DNA of 64,000 nt from Acutalibacteraceae bacterium (GCA_045604945.1 JAZUPA010000076.1:2281-66280), one strand, 5' to 3'; shown: positions 1 to 10,946, counted from the first letter of the stretch. Program-made: numbers and translations. Notes: generated by a model not told the origin, from the sequence alone.

Positions 1-196
1 CCAGATCGCCAAGAAGGCAATCAAGAAGGCATTTGAGAATCAGATCAATGGCAAGGGCTACTCCATCGTTGAGGTTCTTTCCGCTTGTCCCACCAACTGG
101 GGTCTTGCTCCCAACGATGCTCTCCAGTGGCTCCGCGATAACATGATGCCTTATTATCCCCTCGGCGTATACAAGGACAAGGAGGCTGCTGAATAA
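1..196 (+). CDS. 2-oxoacid:ferredoxin oxidoreductase beta (TPP-binding) subunit, C-terminal fragment; 5' end lies outside the window
   Basis: Open frame from position 2 reads ...NGKGYSIVEVLSACPTNWGLAPNDALQWLRDNMMPYYPLGVYKD, typical of the KorB/VorB-type beta-subunit C-terminus. Its stop overlaps the next start (TAATG). Confidence 0.7.
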   Translation, partial: QIAKKAIKKAFENQINGKGYSIVEVLSACPTNWGLAPNDALQWLRDNMMPYYPLGVYKDKEAAE

Positions 197-729
197 TGAA
201 AGATTACAATATCCTTTTTGCAGGCTTCGGCGGTCAGGGTATCCTGTTCTCCGGCAAGGTTCTCGCTTATGCAGGACTTCTTGACGGCAAGAATGTTTCC
301 TGGCTTCCTTCCTACGGCCCTGAAATGCGCGGCGGTGCTGCAAACTGCTCCGTCTGCCTTTCAGAAAAGGAAGTGGGCTCTCCGCTGGTTGTAAACCCGA
401 ATGTCTTTATAGCTATGAATGTTCCTTCCTTTGATAAATTTATCAATGCTGTTGAGCCCGGCGGAATCGTAATCGTTGACAGTTATCTTATCGACAAGAA
501 GGTCGAGCGTGACGATGTTACCGTTTTCTATGTACCTGCAACCAAGATTGCAGAAGAGAACGGTATCAAGGGTCTTGCAAACATCATTCTCCTCGGTAAG
601 CTTCACAAGGAGCTTGGCTTCTGTGCTGACGAGGTTATCGACGGAGCTCTTCTCAAGTGCATCCCTCCCAGAAAGGCAGAGATGATCGAGAAGAACAGAA
701 CTGCAATAAAGCTCGGCATGGCTCAGTAA
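196..729 (+). CDS. 2-oxoacid:ferredoxin oxidoreductase gamma subunit
   Basis: 177-aa ORF with N-terminal ILFAGFGGQGILFSGK motif of the pyruvate/ketoisovalerate oxidoreductase gamma family. Translationally coupled to the beta subunit. Confidence 0.85.
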   Translation: MKDYNILFAGFGGQGILFSGKVLAYAGLLDGKNVSWLPSYGPEMRGGAANCSVCLSEKEVGSPLVVNPNVFIAMNVPSFDKFINAVEPGGIVIVDSYLIDKKVERDDVTVFYVPATKIAEENGIKGLANIILLGKLHKELGFCADEVIDGALLKCIPPRKAEMIEKNRTAIKLGMAQ

Positions 730-745
730 ATAATGAAGTTTTCGC

Positions 746-921
746 GCATTGATTTATCAATGCATCGCCTTCTTTCAAAAGGCGGCGGATTCCCAAGGCA
801 GAGCCTTGGGCTGGGTTTTAAGGGTGAGAATCGCAGATTCTCAAAGCAATCCATAGGATTGCAAGACAGCGTCCCTTAACTCATCGTACATAAATAAAAG
901 GCAGGCGAAAGCCTGCCTTTT
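746..921 (+). other. Array of six short perfect stem-loops downstream of the oxidoreductase operon; the last is the terminator
   Basis: Stems at 746-763, 766-784, 792-810 (CCCAAGG-CAGAG-CCTTGGG), 826-842 (GAGAATC-GCA-GATTCTC), 846-862 (GCAATCC-ATA-GGATTGC) and 896-921. TTAAGGG (818-824) pairs with CCCTTAA (873-879) and encloses the 826-842 and 846-862 stems. Confidence 0.5.
896..921 (+). terminator. Rho-independent terminator of the oxidoreductase operon
   Basis: GGCAGGC-GAAA-GCCTGCC stem-loop flanked by A4 and T4. Confidence 0.8.
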
Positions 922-967
922 AATATTGTTTAAAGCAGATGAAATATGCCATAAACACCTCATCAGT

Positions 968-1008
968 GTTTTGCTTACGCAAAACTCAGCTTCCCCTCAA
1001 GGGGAAGC
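968..1008 (-). terminator. Probable terminator hairpins 3' of the minus-strand phosphatase gene
   Basis: GCTTCCCC-TCAA-GGGGAAGC (989-1008) and GTTTTGC-TTAC-GCAAAAC (968-985) lie directly after the stop at 1014. Confidence 0.5.
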
Positions 1009-1013
1009 CTGCT

Positions 1014-1466
1014 TTAATATCCAAACCTTTTAAGAATTGCCTCACAACCCACAACAAGCTCATCGTATGTGGTGTCGAAATCTCCGTTGTACCAGGGGTC
1101 GGCAATTGTGCCGGGGTTATCGGTAAGGTCGAGGAGCAGCATGATCTTGCCCTCGGGATCGCCGCCGCAGATGCGCTTTGCGTAATCAATATGGTATTTT
1201 TCCATGCACAGCAGCAGGTCATACTTGTCGTAATCAGCCTTTGTCAGCTTGACAGCCCTTCTGCGGGGCGCATCAATGCCCATCTGCTGAAGCTTTCTGC
1301 GGGCAGGAGGGTAGACATCATTTCCGATTTCTTCGCTTGTTACAGCACAGGATTGAATGTGAAAAAGATCACTCAACCCACGCTTTCTGACCATATCCTT
1401 TAAAATGTACTCGCCCATTGGTGATCTGCAAATATTCCCGTGGCACAAAAAAAGCACTCTTATCAT
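1014..1466 (-). CDS. Low-molecular-weight protein phosphatase (LMW-PTP family)
   Basis: MIRVLFLCHGNICRSPMGE carries the CX5R(S) P-loop, and DPWY lies near the C-terminus. The ATG at 1466 follows a GAGGAA RBS, so the longer ORF to 1565 is probably an artefact. Confidence 0.85.
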   Translation of the reverse strand: MIRVLFLCHGNICRSPMGEYILKDMVRKRGLSDLFHIQSCAVTSEEIGNDVYPPARRKLQQMGIDAPRRRAVKLTKADYDKYDLLLCMEKYHIDYAKRICGGDPEGKIMLLLDLTDNPGTIADPWYNGDFDTTYDELVVGCEAILKRFGY

Positions 1467-1568
1467 AATAAATTCCTCGCTTTCATGAAGGTCATTATAG
1501 CATGAAACAATATTGTTTTCAACTTGCATACCATAAAAGACCCGCCTCTCAAATGGAGGCGGCATTGC

Positions 1569-2966
1569 TTATTTTTTTCTTATGATATTCGCCATCAGCT
1601 TTGCGCACTTGTAAATATCTCCGCAGCCCATAGTGATAATCAGGTCGCCGCTCTGGGCGTTGTCGGTAACGTACTTTGCAATATCCTCAAAGGGGGGGAG
1701 AAGTACGCTATCGGGGATAGGCGCCTGAAGCTGCTCGGAGGAGACTCCGAGGTCGTCGATTTCGCGTGCTGCCATGATGGGTGTGAGCACTACCTTATCG
1801 GCAATCTTGAGAACATCTGCAAAATACTGCAGATGCTCCTTGGTTCGAGAGTAAGTAAAGGGCTGGAAAACCGCCCATACGCGTGTAAAGCTCATTTCCT
1901 TGCAAGCGGAAAGGATAGCTTCTATCTCAGCAGGATGGTGTGCGTAGTCGTCAGCAACGGTTATGCCGTCCTTTTCGATGTGAATCTCATATCTTCTGCA
2001 GGCACCGTGGAACTCATGCAGTCCGTAGGCAATCTGCTCACCGGTTGCGCCTGCGTAGTCAGAAGCAGCTGCAGCAGCAAGTGCATTGAGAATATTGTGA
2101 TGTCCGGGTACTGCAAGCACTGCATGGAAGAAGAACTCACCGTTCTTATAAACATCGAATTCCCATTCGCTGCCGTCATCCATCTTTATGTTCTTAGCGC
2201 AGAAATCATTGGTCTCTTTCAGTCCGAAAGTAATGACCTTTGCATCTGCACCCTCAACAGCTTTCAGGGAATTTGCATCGTCGCCGTTGACGATAAGAAC
2301 CTCGCTTGTCTGCTTTGAGAACTTGTTGAAGGAATTGATAACACCTTCAATAGAGCCAAAATACTCAAGATGGTCAGCATCAACATTGAGAATAACTGCA
2401 CAGGCGGGAGTTATCTGCAGGAAGGTATCAACAAACTCACAGGCTTCACAGACCATATAAGGGCTTTTGCCTGCTCTGCCGTTTCCGCCGATGAGGGGGA
2501 GCTTTCCGCCGATGATGATGGAGGGGTCAATGCCTGCTTCAACAAGGATGGTGGTAATCATAGAAGTTGTGGTGGTCTTTCCGTGGGTGCCTGAAACAGC
2601 GATGGTATTCTTATATCTGCGGCAGAGTGCGCCGAGAAGAATGGAACGCTCGATTGTCGGGATACCTCTGTTTTTAGCTTCAAGAAGCTCAGGATTATCC
2701 TTCTGGATAGCGGCTGTGTAAACTACAAGGTCAATATCGTCCTTTATATTTTCTGCCTTCTGACCGATAACGACTTCGATGCCGTAGGAGCGGATACGCT
2801 TTACGGTGTCGGATTCATTGTCAACATCAGAGCCGCATATAAGCTTGCCTTCGTTGTGAAGAATCTCAGCCAGAGGACACATTCCCGAGCCGCCGATTCC
2901 CATGAAGTGAATTTTCTTTGCGTCGTTGAGTATTTTATCGTATTCGAGATTTACCATAAATAACAT
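1569..2966 (-). CDS. murC: UDP-N-acetylmuramate--L-alanine ligase
   Basis: 465-aa ORF with GIGGSGM, GTHGKTTTTSM and DDYAHHP motifs of MurC. The alternative start is at 2957. Confidence 0.95.
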   Translation of the reverse strand: MLFMVNLEYDKILNDAKKIHFMGIGGSGMCPLAEILHNEGKLICGSDVDNESDTVKRIRSYGIEVVIGQKAENIKDDIDLVVYTAAIQKDNPELLEAKNRGIPTIERSILLGALCRRYKNTIAVSGTHGKTTTTSMITTILVEAGIDPSIIIGGKLPLIGGNGRAGKSPYMVCEACEFVDTFLQITPACAVILNVDADHLEYFGSIEGVINSFNKFSKQTSEVLIVNGDDANSLKAVEGADAKVITFGLKETNDFCAKNIKMDDGSEWEFDVYKNGEFFFHAVLAVPGHHNILNALAAAAASDYAGATGEQIAYGLHEFHGACRRYEIHIEKDGITVADDYAHHPAEIEAILSACKEMSFTRVWAVFQPFTYSRTKEHLQYFADVLKIADKVVLTPIMAAREIDDLGVSSEQLQAPIPDSVLLPPFEDIAKYVTDNAQSGDLIITMGCGDIYKCAKLMANIIRKK

Positions 2967-2975
2967 CTGCTTTCA

Positions 2976-3863
2976 TTATAGGATTTTATCAATAATCTGG
3001 GCTGCCAGACTGCCGATTATACCACGGCTTTCAAGGATATAGTAACAAACGGTGAGAGCAAGGGAAAGATAGAGCATGAACATATTGAGTCCGCCCTTCT
3101 TTTCTAGCTTTCCGTTGAATTCCTCCGCGGTTTTTGATGCCTTGTTAATCTTTTTTACCTTACCGACCGATTTGTTCATGTAAAGGGTGTTTGCAAAAAA
3201 GCCCGTGATAACCGACAGTACAAAGGGGAGATTATAGGCAAAGGAGTAAAGATAGAAACCGTAAACTACAGATTTGTCAGAGCTCTGAAGCAGGGACTGG
3301 GCTGCGTTGGCGGTGTCAAAGCCAAGGGCTTTGATGTAGCTGTAATAAAACTGCAGATAGAAATATGAAGCGAAGTTGAGCAGTGTTGAAATAAAGCCGA
3401 GAAGATAGAACTTTCTTGCAAAAAGCCATACATAGGAGCCTATGAATGCAGAAAAGTTTATCCTGAATATCCGAATACCTTTGACCTTGGCAAGGAAGAG
3501 GGGGATATAGTAGACCCAGGCAGGACCGATGAATTTTTTCAGGTCTCCTGCAGGCACACCGTTTATCTGCTCGCCGTCATTGATTTTTGGACCGAATGTG
3601 GCTTCAAAGGTGTGCTCAGGCTCTTCTGACTGAGCGGTGTTCGATTCTGCTTTGGTCTCGGGCTCGCTTGCAGCAGGCTCTTCGGGAGCATCTGAAACAA
3701 AGGTGAAGCCTTCTTCGTGACGTTCAGCGTTTGCGCAGGTGCCGAGTTTATCGTAACATTCCCTGTGATGGGGTGTACCGCAGTGAGGGCAGACAACAAT
3801 GTCATCGCTCTCGGTGAAGGTGATACCGCATACAGGGCAGTTGTCGTAAGAATATCTGTGCAT
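2976..3863 (-). CDS. Zinc-ribbon plus DUF2628-like multi-pass membrane protein
   Basis: The ATG at 3863 follows an AAGGAG RBS. The N-terminus has CPVCG...CPHCGTPHHRECY, then an acidic linker and hydrophobic helices. The ORF extension to 4061 lacks an RBS. Confidence 0.6.
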   Translation of the reverse strand: MHRYSYDNCPVCGITFTESDDIVVCPHCGTPHHRECYDKLGTCANAERHEEGFTFVSDAPEEPAASEPETKAESNTAQSEEPEHTFEATFGPKINDGEQINGVPAGDLKKFIGPAWVYYIPLFLAKVKGIRIFRINFSAFIGSYVWLFARKFYLLGFISTLLNFASYFYLQFYYSYIKALGFDTANAAQSLLQSSDKSVVYGFYLYSFAYNLPFVLSVITGFFANTLYMNKSVGKVKKINKASKTAEEFNGKLEKKGGLNMFMLYLSLALTVCYYILESRGIIGSLAAQIIDKIL

Positions 3864-3965
3864 GGCAGTCTCCTTAAAAATAACATTAAGATTATTATAC
3901 AACCAATTTATAATTATTACAACATAATTTCGTGAAGTAAAAATGATAAAAAGCAAGAATATTTC

Positions 3966-3994
3966 TTTACAGAATGTCAAAATTATCGTATAAT
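3966..3994 (+). promoter_or_regulatory. Sigma-A type promoter for prfB
   Basis: TTTACA, 17 nt, TATAAT. Confidence 0.5.
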
Positions 3995-4052
3995 AACTAA
4001 GTATGGTGTTACGGAGAAGTAGTACCGATATTAACAGGACAGGATTGATATA

Positions 4053-5177
4053 ATGCTGCAATTTGAAGAAATACTGCTTAAGCTCAGAAATATGGAGCCT
4101 GCGCTCAGAGAGCTTTATGAGGCAATGGGCGTTGAGCAGAGCAAAAAAGAAAAGGAAAGACTTGAAGAGGTCAGTGCTCAGGACGGCTTCTGGGATGATA
4201 TGGAGAATTCTCAGAAGGTGCTCAAGAAGATAAGCAATCTCAGAAATTCAATTGAATCCTATGAGGCTCTCTATGCTTCCTATGAGGATGCAATTGCTCT
4301 TGCGGAGCTTGCTGATGAAGAGGGCGACCTTTCCATGCTTGACGAATGCACCGAAGCTGTTGATGCAGTAGAAACAAAGATGGAAGAGATGCGCCTTACA
4401 ACCCTGCTTACAGGGGAGTACGACAAGAACAACGCAATTCTCAACTTCCACGCAGGTGCAGGCGGCACAGAAGCTCAGGACTGGGCTGAGATGCTCTACA
4501 GAATGTACACCCGCTGGTCAGAGCGCCACGGCTTTACCGTCAAGACTCTCGATTATCTCGACGGCGACGAGGCAGGTCTTAAGAGTGCGTGTATCCTTAT
4601 TGAGGGTGAAAATGCTTATGGCTATCTCAAATGCGAATCGGGCGTTCACCGCCTTGTGCGTGTTTCTCCCTTTGATTCCTCGGGAAGAAGACACACCTCC
4701 TTTGCGTCTCTTGAGGTTATGCCCGAAATTTCCGATGATGTCAACATCACCATCAAGCCCGAGGATCTGAAGGTTGACACCTACCGTTCAGGCGGTGCAG
4801 GCGGTCAGCACGTCAATACAACCGACTCTGCGGTCAGAATAACCCATCTTCCCACAGGCATCGTTGTTGCCTGCCAGAATGAGCGCAGCCAGCACCAGAA
4901 CAGGGATGTTGCAATGAAGATGCTTGTTTCGAAGCTCGTTGAGATCACTCAGCGCGAGCATCTCGAAAAGATCGAAGATATCAAGGGCGTTCAGAAGGAA
5001 ATCGCCTGGGGCAGCCAGATACGTTCCTATGTTTTCATGCCCTACACCCTTGCAAAGGACCACAGAACAGGCTTTGAAATGGGCAATATCAACGCTGTCA
5101 TGGACGGCGACCTCGACGGATTCATCAATGCATATCTCAAGGCTCAGAGCCTTGGAAACCTGGGTAATTTCGAATGA
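4053..5177 (+). CDS. prfB: Peptide chain release factor 2, encoded in a single frame
   Basis: SPF tripeptide, GGQ motif and full-length RF2-like N-terminus. There is no internal in-frame stop at the usual frameshift position. Confidence 0.95.
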   Translation: MLQFEEILLKLRNMEPALRELYEAMGVEQSKKEKERLEEVSAQDGFWDDMENSQKVLKKISNLRNSIESYEALYASYEDAIALAELADEEGDLSMLDECTEAVDAVETKMEEMRLTTLLTGEYDKNNAILNFHAGAGGTEAQDWAEMLYRMYTRWSERHGFTVKTLDYLDGDEAGLKSACILIEGENAYGYLKCESGVHRLVRVSPFDSSGRRHTSFASLEVMPEISDDVNITIKPEDLKVDTYRSGGAGGQHVNTTDSAVRITHLPTGIVVACQNERSQHQNRDVAMKMLVSKLVEITQREHLEKIEDIKGVQKEIAWGSQIRSYVFMPYTLAKDHRTGFEMGNINAVMDGDLDGFINAYLKAQSLGNLGNFE

Positions 5178-6292
5178 GTGATATATTAATGGTTGCTCCC
5201 TGCCTGATGGGGCTTGAGGGGCTTGCTTCCAATGAACTTAAAAGAATGGATGCAGAAAATGTACTGGCGGAAAACGGCAGAGTTTTCTTTTCGGGAAACG
5301 AGAACATCCTTGCCCGTGCAAATATCTGCTCCAGATATTCCGAGCGCATTGCAATACTGCTGGGCAGATTTGATGCCTTTTCCTTTGATGAGCTTTTTGA
5401 AAGAACAAAGGCTCTTGACTGGTCGCGCTGGATAGGTAAGACCGATGCTTTTCCCGTTAAGGGCAGCTCTATTAATTCAAAGCTGCACAGTATTCCCGAC
5501 TGCCAGAAGATAATCAAGAAGGCTATTGTTGAAAATCTCAAGCAGAGGTATAAGGTAAACTGGCTTGAGGAGACAGGCACAAAAAAGCAGATTGCTTTCC
5601 TTATATATAAGGACAATGTCTGCATGATGCTTGAGACCTCAGGCGAGGGACTTCACAAGCGCGGCTACAGGCGCGAGGGTGCTGTTGCTCCTATAAAGGA
5701 AACACTTGCGGCAGCCATTGCGGATATCTCCTTTGTAAGACGGGATACTCATGTTATCGACCCCTGCTGCGGCTCAGGCACACTTCTTATTGAATCTGCG
5801 CTGAAGGCGCTGAATATCGCCCCCGGTCTTAACAGACGTTTTGCTGCGGAGAGGTACAGAGAGATTCCTTCCTCTGTCTGGAGCGAAGAGAGCGAGAGAG
5901 CCCACAGTCTTATAAACAGAGATTCGGGATTTTCCGCACAGGGCTTTGATATCGATGCCAATACCCTTGCAATTGCAAAAGCTAACGCAGCAAAGGCAGG
6001 TGTTGCTGACAGGATAGAATTTTCTCTCAGAGATATCCGCGATTTCAGACACGAAGCTGAAAAAGCTGTTGTAATCTGCAATCCGCCTTACGGAGAAAGA
6101 CTTCTTGATGCCAGTGAAGCTGTTGAGCTTTACAGGGCGATGGGCAGAAAATTCATCAGAAAAGACGGCTGGAGCTACAGTATTATATGCCCGGATGAGC
6201 AATTTGAGAAGATTTTCGGAAGAAAAGCTGATAAAAGAAGAAAATTGTACAACGGTATGATAAAATGTCAGCTGTACACATATTATAAATAA
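5174..6292 (+). CDS. THUMP-domain class I SAM-dependent RNA methyltransferase (RlmL/YpsC-like)
   Basis: DPCCGSGT SAM motif and NPPYG catalytic motif. Overlaps the prfB stop by 4 nt. Confidence 0.85.
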   Translation: MSDILMVAPCLMGLEGLASNELKRMDAENVLAENGRVFFSGNENILARANICSRYSERIAILLGRFDAFSFDELFERTKALDWSRWIGKTDAFPVKGSSINSKLHSIPDCQKIIKKAIVENLKQRYKVNWLEETGTKKQIAFLIYKDNVCMMLETSGEGLHKRGYRREGAVAPIKETLAAAIADISFVRRDTHVIDPCCGSGTLLIESALKALNIAPGLNRRFAAERYREIPSSVWSEESERAHSLINRDSGFSAQGFDIDANTLAIAKANAAKAGVADRIEFSLRDIRDFRHEAEKAVVICNPPYGERLLDASEAVELYRAMGRKFIRKDGWSYSIICPDEQFEKIFGRKADKRRKLYNGMIKCQLYTYYK

Positions 6293-6295
6293 GGA

Positions 6296-7237
6296 GTGGG
6301 CTCTTTGAGGTACTGTTTCATTATTAACCCCGTTGCAGGAGATACAAAGAATCTTGAAAATTACGACAGCGTTGTCAGAGAATTCTGCGAGAGCAAGGGT
6401 CTCGAATACGAGGTTCTTGTCACTCAGGGCGTTGACCATGCCTCTGAGCTTGCACGTCAGTGTGCTGAAAAGGGCGATGCAGTGCGCATCTTTTCCTGCG
6501 GCGGAGACGGTACCCTTTCAGAAGTGCTCAACGGTATTGTCGGCTTTGACAATGTAGAGCTTGGCTGCCTGCCCTGCGGTTCGGGCAATGACTATGTAAA
6601 ATGCTATGGCGAGAAGAAGGAATTCTTTGACCTTGAAAACTATGTTCTCTCCGACAGCGTAGGGGTTGACCTTATAAAGACAGGTGAGCGCTACAGTATC
6701 AACATCACCTCTATGGGTCTCGATGCGATTATCTGCGACCAGGCGGTAAAATATATCCGTTCAGGTAAGTATGCAGGCGGCAAGGCATATGACAAGGCGA
6801 TGGTAAAGTGTATTTTCGGAAAAAGGGATAATGACCTTAAAATCACCATCGACGACAAAGAGGTTATAGAGGGCAAATTCATGTTTACCCTCGCAGCCAG
6901 CGGCATCTGCTACGGCGGCGGATACCACAGCGCTCCCATGGCAGACCCTACCGACGGAGTTCTTGATTTTGTCCTTATAAAGTCAGTACCGTTTTTAAAG
7001 ATTCCATTTCTCATCGGACCTTATAAAAAGGGTACATATGTAAACAAGAGAAGATTTAAAAAGATAATGTATCTGCGCCGCGGCAGCAAGATGCACATTG
7101 AATCGAAAAAGCCCGCAGTAGTCAATATTGACGGCGAGTGCTATACCAAGGATTCCATTACCCTTGAGCTGGTGCCTTCTGCCATCAGATTCATCGTTCC
7201 CCCTGCCTATTTAGCCAAAAGAGCAGAGGGAAAATAG
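6296..7237 (+). CDS. Diacylglycerol/lipid kinase family protein (YegS/DagK-like)
   Basis: FIINP...GGDGT...GSGND motifs. A TTG at 6305 is better spaced from the AAGGAG RBS than the GTG at 6296. Confidence 0.85.
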   Translation: MGSLRYCFIINPVAGDTKNLENYDSVVREFCESKGLEYEVLVTQGVDHASELARQCAEKGDAVRIFSCGGDGTLSEVLNGIVGFDNVELGCLPCGSGNDYVKCYGEKKEFFDLENYVLSDSVGVDLIKTGERYSINITSMGLDAIICDQAVKYIRSGKYAGGKAYDKAMVKCIFGKRDNDLKITIDDKEVIEGKFMFTLAASGICYGGGYHSAPMADPTDGVLDFVLIKSVPFLKIPFLIGPYKKGTYVNKRRFKKIMYLRRGSKMHIESKKPAVVNIDGECYTKDSITLELVPSAIRFIVPPAYLAKRAEGK

Positions 7238-7284
7238 GATAATATTACCAAATTGTTAAAAGTCAGACTGATTACAAAAAAGGC

Positions 7285-7312
7285 TTGATTTTTACACAGA
7301 TATGATTAAAAT
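7285..7312 (+). promoter_or_regulatory. Probable sigma-A promoter of groESL
   Basis: TTGATT, 16 nt, TAAAAT, immediately upstream of CIRCE. Confidence 0.5.
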
Positions 7313-7322
7313 ATTATACATG

Positions 7323-7349
7323 TTAGCACTCGACATGCGTGAGTGCTAA
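7323..7349 (+). promoter_or_regulatory. CIRCE operator (HrcA binding site)
   Basis: Exact TTAGCACTC-N9-GAGTGCTAA inverted repeat upstream of groES. Confidence 0.95.
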
Positions 7350-7382
7350 AAACCGGTTATCAATTTTACAGGAGGAATATAT

Positions 7383-7667
7383 ATGACACTCAGACCTTTA
7401 GCTGACAGAGTTGTACTCAAAATGACCGAAGCTGAGGAGGTTACCGCAGGCGGTATTGTTCTTCCCGGCAACGCACAGGAAAAGCCTCAGGTGGCAGAGA
7501 TTGTTGCAGTCGGTCCCGGCGGAGTTGTTGACGGAAATGAAGTCAAAATGATCGTAAATGTCGGTGAAAAAGTTGTTATCAACAAGTACGCAGGCACTCA
7601 GATAAAGATTGACGGCGTTGAGTATACCATCGTTTCTCAGTCTGATATTCTCGCAGTCTGCGAATAA
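7383..7667 (+). CDS. groES: Co-chaperonin GroES
   Basis: 94 aa. LRPLADRVVLK...GIVLP... is the typical Cpn10 sequence. GGAGGA RBS. Confidence 0.97.
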   Translation: MTLRPLADRVVLKMTEAEEVTAGGIVLPGNAQEKPQVAEIVAVGPGGVVDGNEVKMIVNVGEKVVINKYAGTQIKIDGVEYTIVSQSDILAVCE

Positions 7668-9308
<1,641 letters not shown>

Positions 9309-9360
9309 GATTTTTCCAGCCCGGACGCAGGCCGGTCCTGTTTCAGTGAGGCTTTGATTT

Positions 9361-9816
9361 ATGGTTATAGATTCACCCATCGGAAATCTCATAATAAAGG
9401 ATAACGGACGAGCGATTACGGAAATAGAAATTACCGATATGCCTGCGGATACGGAAAATGCTACTGCGCTCCAGACGGAGTGTGCGCTGCAGCTTTCTGA
9501 ATATTTTGCAGGAAAAAGACGGTTATTCAACCTGCCTGTTGAGTTTTACGGTACTGCCTTTCAAAAAAGTGTCTGGAACGCTTTACTTGAGATACCCTTT
9601 GGTGGTACAATGACCTACGGTGAGATTGCAGCTGCAATCGGAAAACCGAAGGCTGCGAGGGCTGTCGGCGGAGCGTGTAATAATAACCACATTCTCATTG
9701 TTGTTCCATGCCACAGAGTAGTGGGAGCAAACGGTAAGCTTGTGGGCTTTGCCTGCGGACTGAATATAAAATCTTACCTTCTTAATCACGAAAAATATGA
9801 GGTGTCCGATGTTTAA
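9361..9816 (+). CDS. ogt: Methylated-DNA--protein-cysteine methyltransferase
   Basis: PCHRVV active-site motif and a helix-turn-wing region (TYGEIAAAIGKPKAARAVG). Confidence 0.9.
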   Translation: MVIDSPIGNLIIKDNGRAITEIEITDMPADTENATALQTECALQLSEYFAGKRRLFNLPVEFYGTAFQKSVWNALLEIPFGGTMTYGEIAAAIGKPKAARAVGGACNNNHILIVVPCHRVVGANGKLVGFACGLNIKSYLLNHEKYEVSDV

Positions 9817-10939
9817 TCTTATTAAGAAAAACGGAAAAGCAAGACGGGGAGAGTTTGTAACTGTTCACGGTACTTTCCAGACGCCCTGCTTTATGAATGT
9901 TGCAACCACAGGTGCAATCCGCGGTGCTGTTTCGGCACAGGATTTAAAGGAAATAGGCTGTCAGGTACAGCTTTGCAACACCTACCATCTCCATCTTCGC
10001 CCGGGAGATGAAAATGTAAAGGCTCTGGGCGGTGTTCGTGAGTTTACCACATGGGACGGACCTGTTCTTACCGACAGCGGCGGATTTCAGGTTTTTTCCC
10101 TCGCTCCCCTGAGAAAGATCAGGGAAGAGGGTGTGTATTTCTCTTCCCACATTGACGGACACAAGATTTTCATGGGACCTGAGGAGAGCATGAGAATCCA
10201 GTCGAACCTCGCTTCGACTATCGCCATGGCTTTTGACGAGTGTGTTGAAAACCCTGCAAAGCATGAGTATTCCCGTCAGAGCTGCGAGAGAACTACCCGC
10301 TGGCTTATTCGCTGCAAGGAGGAGATGGCAAGACTCAATTCTCTTGAAACTACACTTAACAGGAATCAGCTTCTTTTCGGCATAAACCAGGGCTGTACCT
10401 TTGAGGATCTGAGAATTCAGCATATGCAGCAGATTCGCGAGCTTGACCTTGACGGCTACGCAATAGGCGGTCTTGCTGTAGGCGAGCCTGCGGAAGATAT
10501 GTACAGAATTATCGATGCAGTTGAGCCCGAGATGCCTGAAAATAAGATTCGTTATCTCATGGGTGTCGGCACCCCCGAGAATATTCTCAACGGAGTAAAG
10601 CGCGGAGTTGACCTTTTTGACTGCGTAATGCCCAGCAGAAATGCTCGTCACGGACATGTATTCACCTCTGCGGGTATCATGAATCTCAACAATGCAAAAT
10701 ACACCCTCGATAACAGACCTATCGACGAAAACTGCGATTGCCCCACCTGCAGAAGGTATACAAGGGCATATATTCATCATCTTATCAAGGCTAAGGAAAT
10801 GCTGGCAATGCGCCTGACTGTCATGCACAACCTGTATTTCTACAACAACCTGATGACCCAGATACGCGATGCTCTTGACAATGACAGCTTTGATGAGCTG
10901 TATAACAGACTGCTTCCCACAATTGCTACCAGAATATGA
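9809..10939 (+). CDS. tgt: Queuine tRNA-ribosyltransferase
   Basis: GKARRGEF..., LTDSGGFQV and the CxCxxC zinc motif (CDCPTC). The ATG at 9809 has a GAGG RBS at 6-nt spacing; the ORF track starts at 9797. Confidence 0.93.
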   Translation: MFNLIKKNGKARRGEFVTVHGTFQTPCFMNVATTGAIRGAVSAQDLKEIGCQVQLCNTYHLHLRPGDENVKALGGVREFTTWDGPVLTDSGGFQVFSLAPLRKIREEGVYFSSHIDGHKIFMGPEESMRIQSNLASTIAMAFDECVENPAKHEYSRQSCERTTRWLIRCKEEMARLNSLETTLNRNQLLFGINQGCTFEDLRIQHMQQIRELDLDGYAIGGLAVGEPAEDMYRIIDAVEPEMPENKIRYLMGVGTPENILNGVKRGVDLFDCVMPSRNARHGHVFTSAGIMNLNNAKYTLDNRPIDENCDCPTCRRYTRAYIHHLIKAKEMLAMRLTVMHNLYFYNNLMTQIRDALDNDSFDELYNRLLPTIATRI

Positions 10940-10946
10940 TGATTAT

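Noticed and set aside
1-729. Linking the 2-oxoacid:ferredoxin oxidoreductase at the window start to the T-box-controlled acyl-CoA ligase as one pathway locus.
   Set aside because: The two are 42 kb apart with dozens of unrelated genes between, and subunit specificity (Kor, Vor or Por) cannot be determined from these fragments. I mention it only as context for the hypothesis, not as evidence.
2976-4061. Long N-terminal extensions in the ORF track. Examples: 2976-4061, 1014-1565, 25033-25674, 29215-29901, 30749-32035, 41013-41840, 56483-57898, 57895-58902 and 58854-61196.
   Set aside because: In each case an internal start codon with a good Shine-Dalgarno matches the expected protein N-terminus. 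The extension covers AT-rich promoter or terminator sequence, or the end of the neighbouring gene.
9309-9360. Terminator after groEL.
   Set aside because: Only a 4-bp GGAC/GTCC pairing is found, with no U-run, so I cannot support a terminator. groESL may read through into ogt-tgt.
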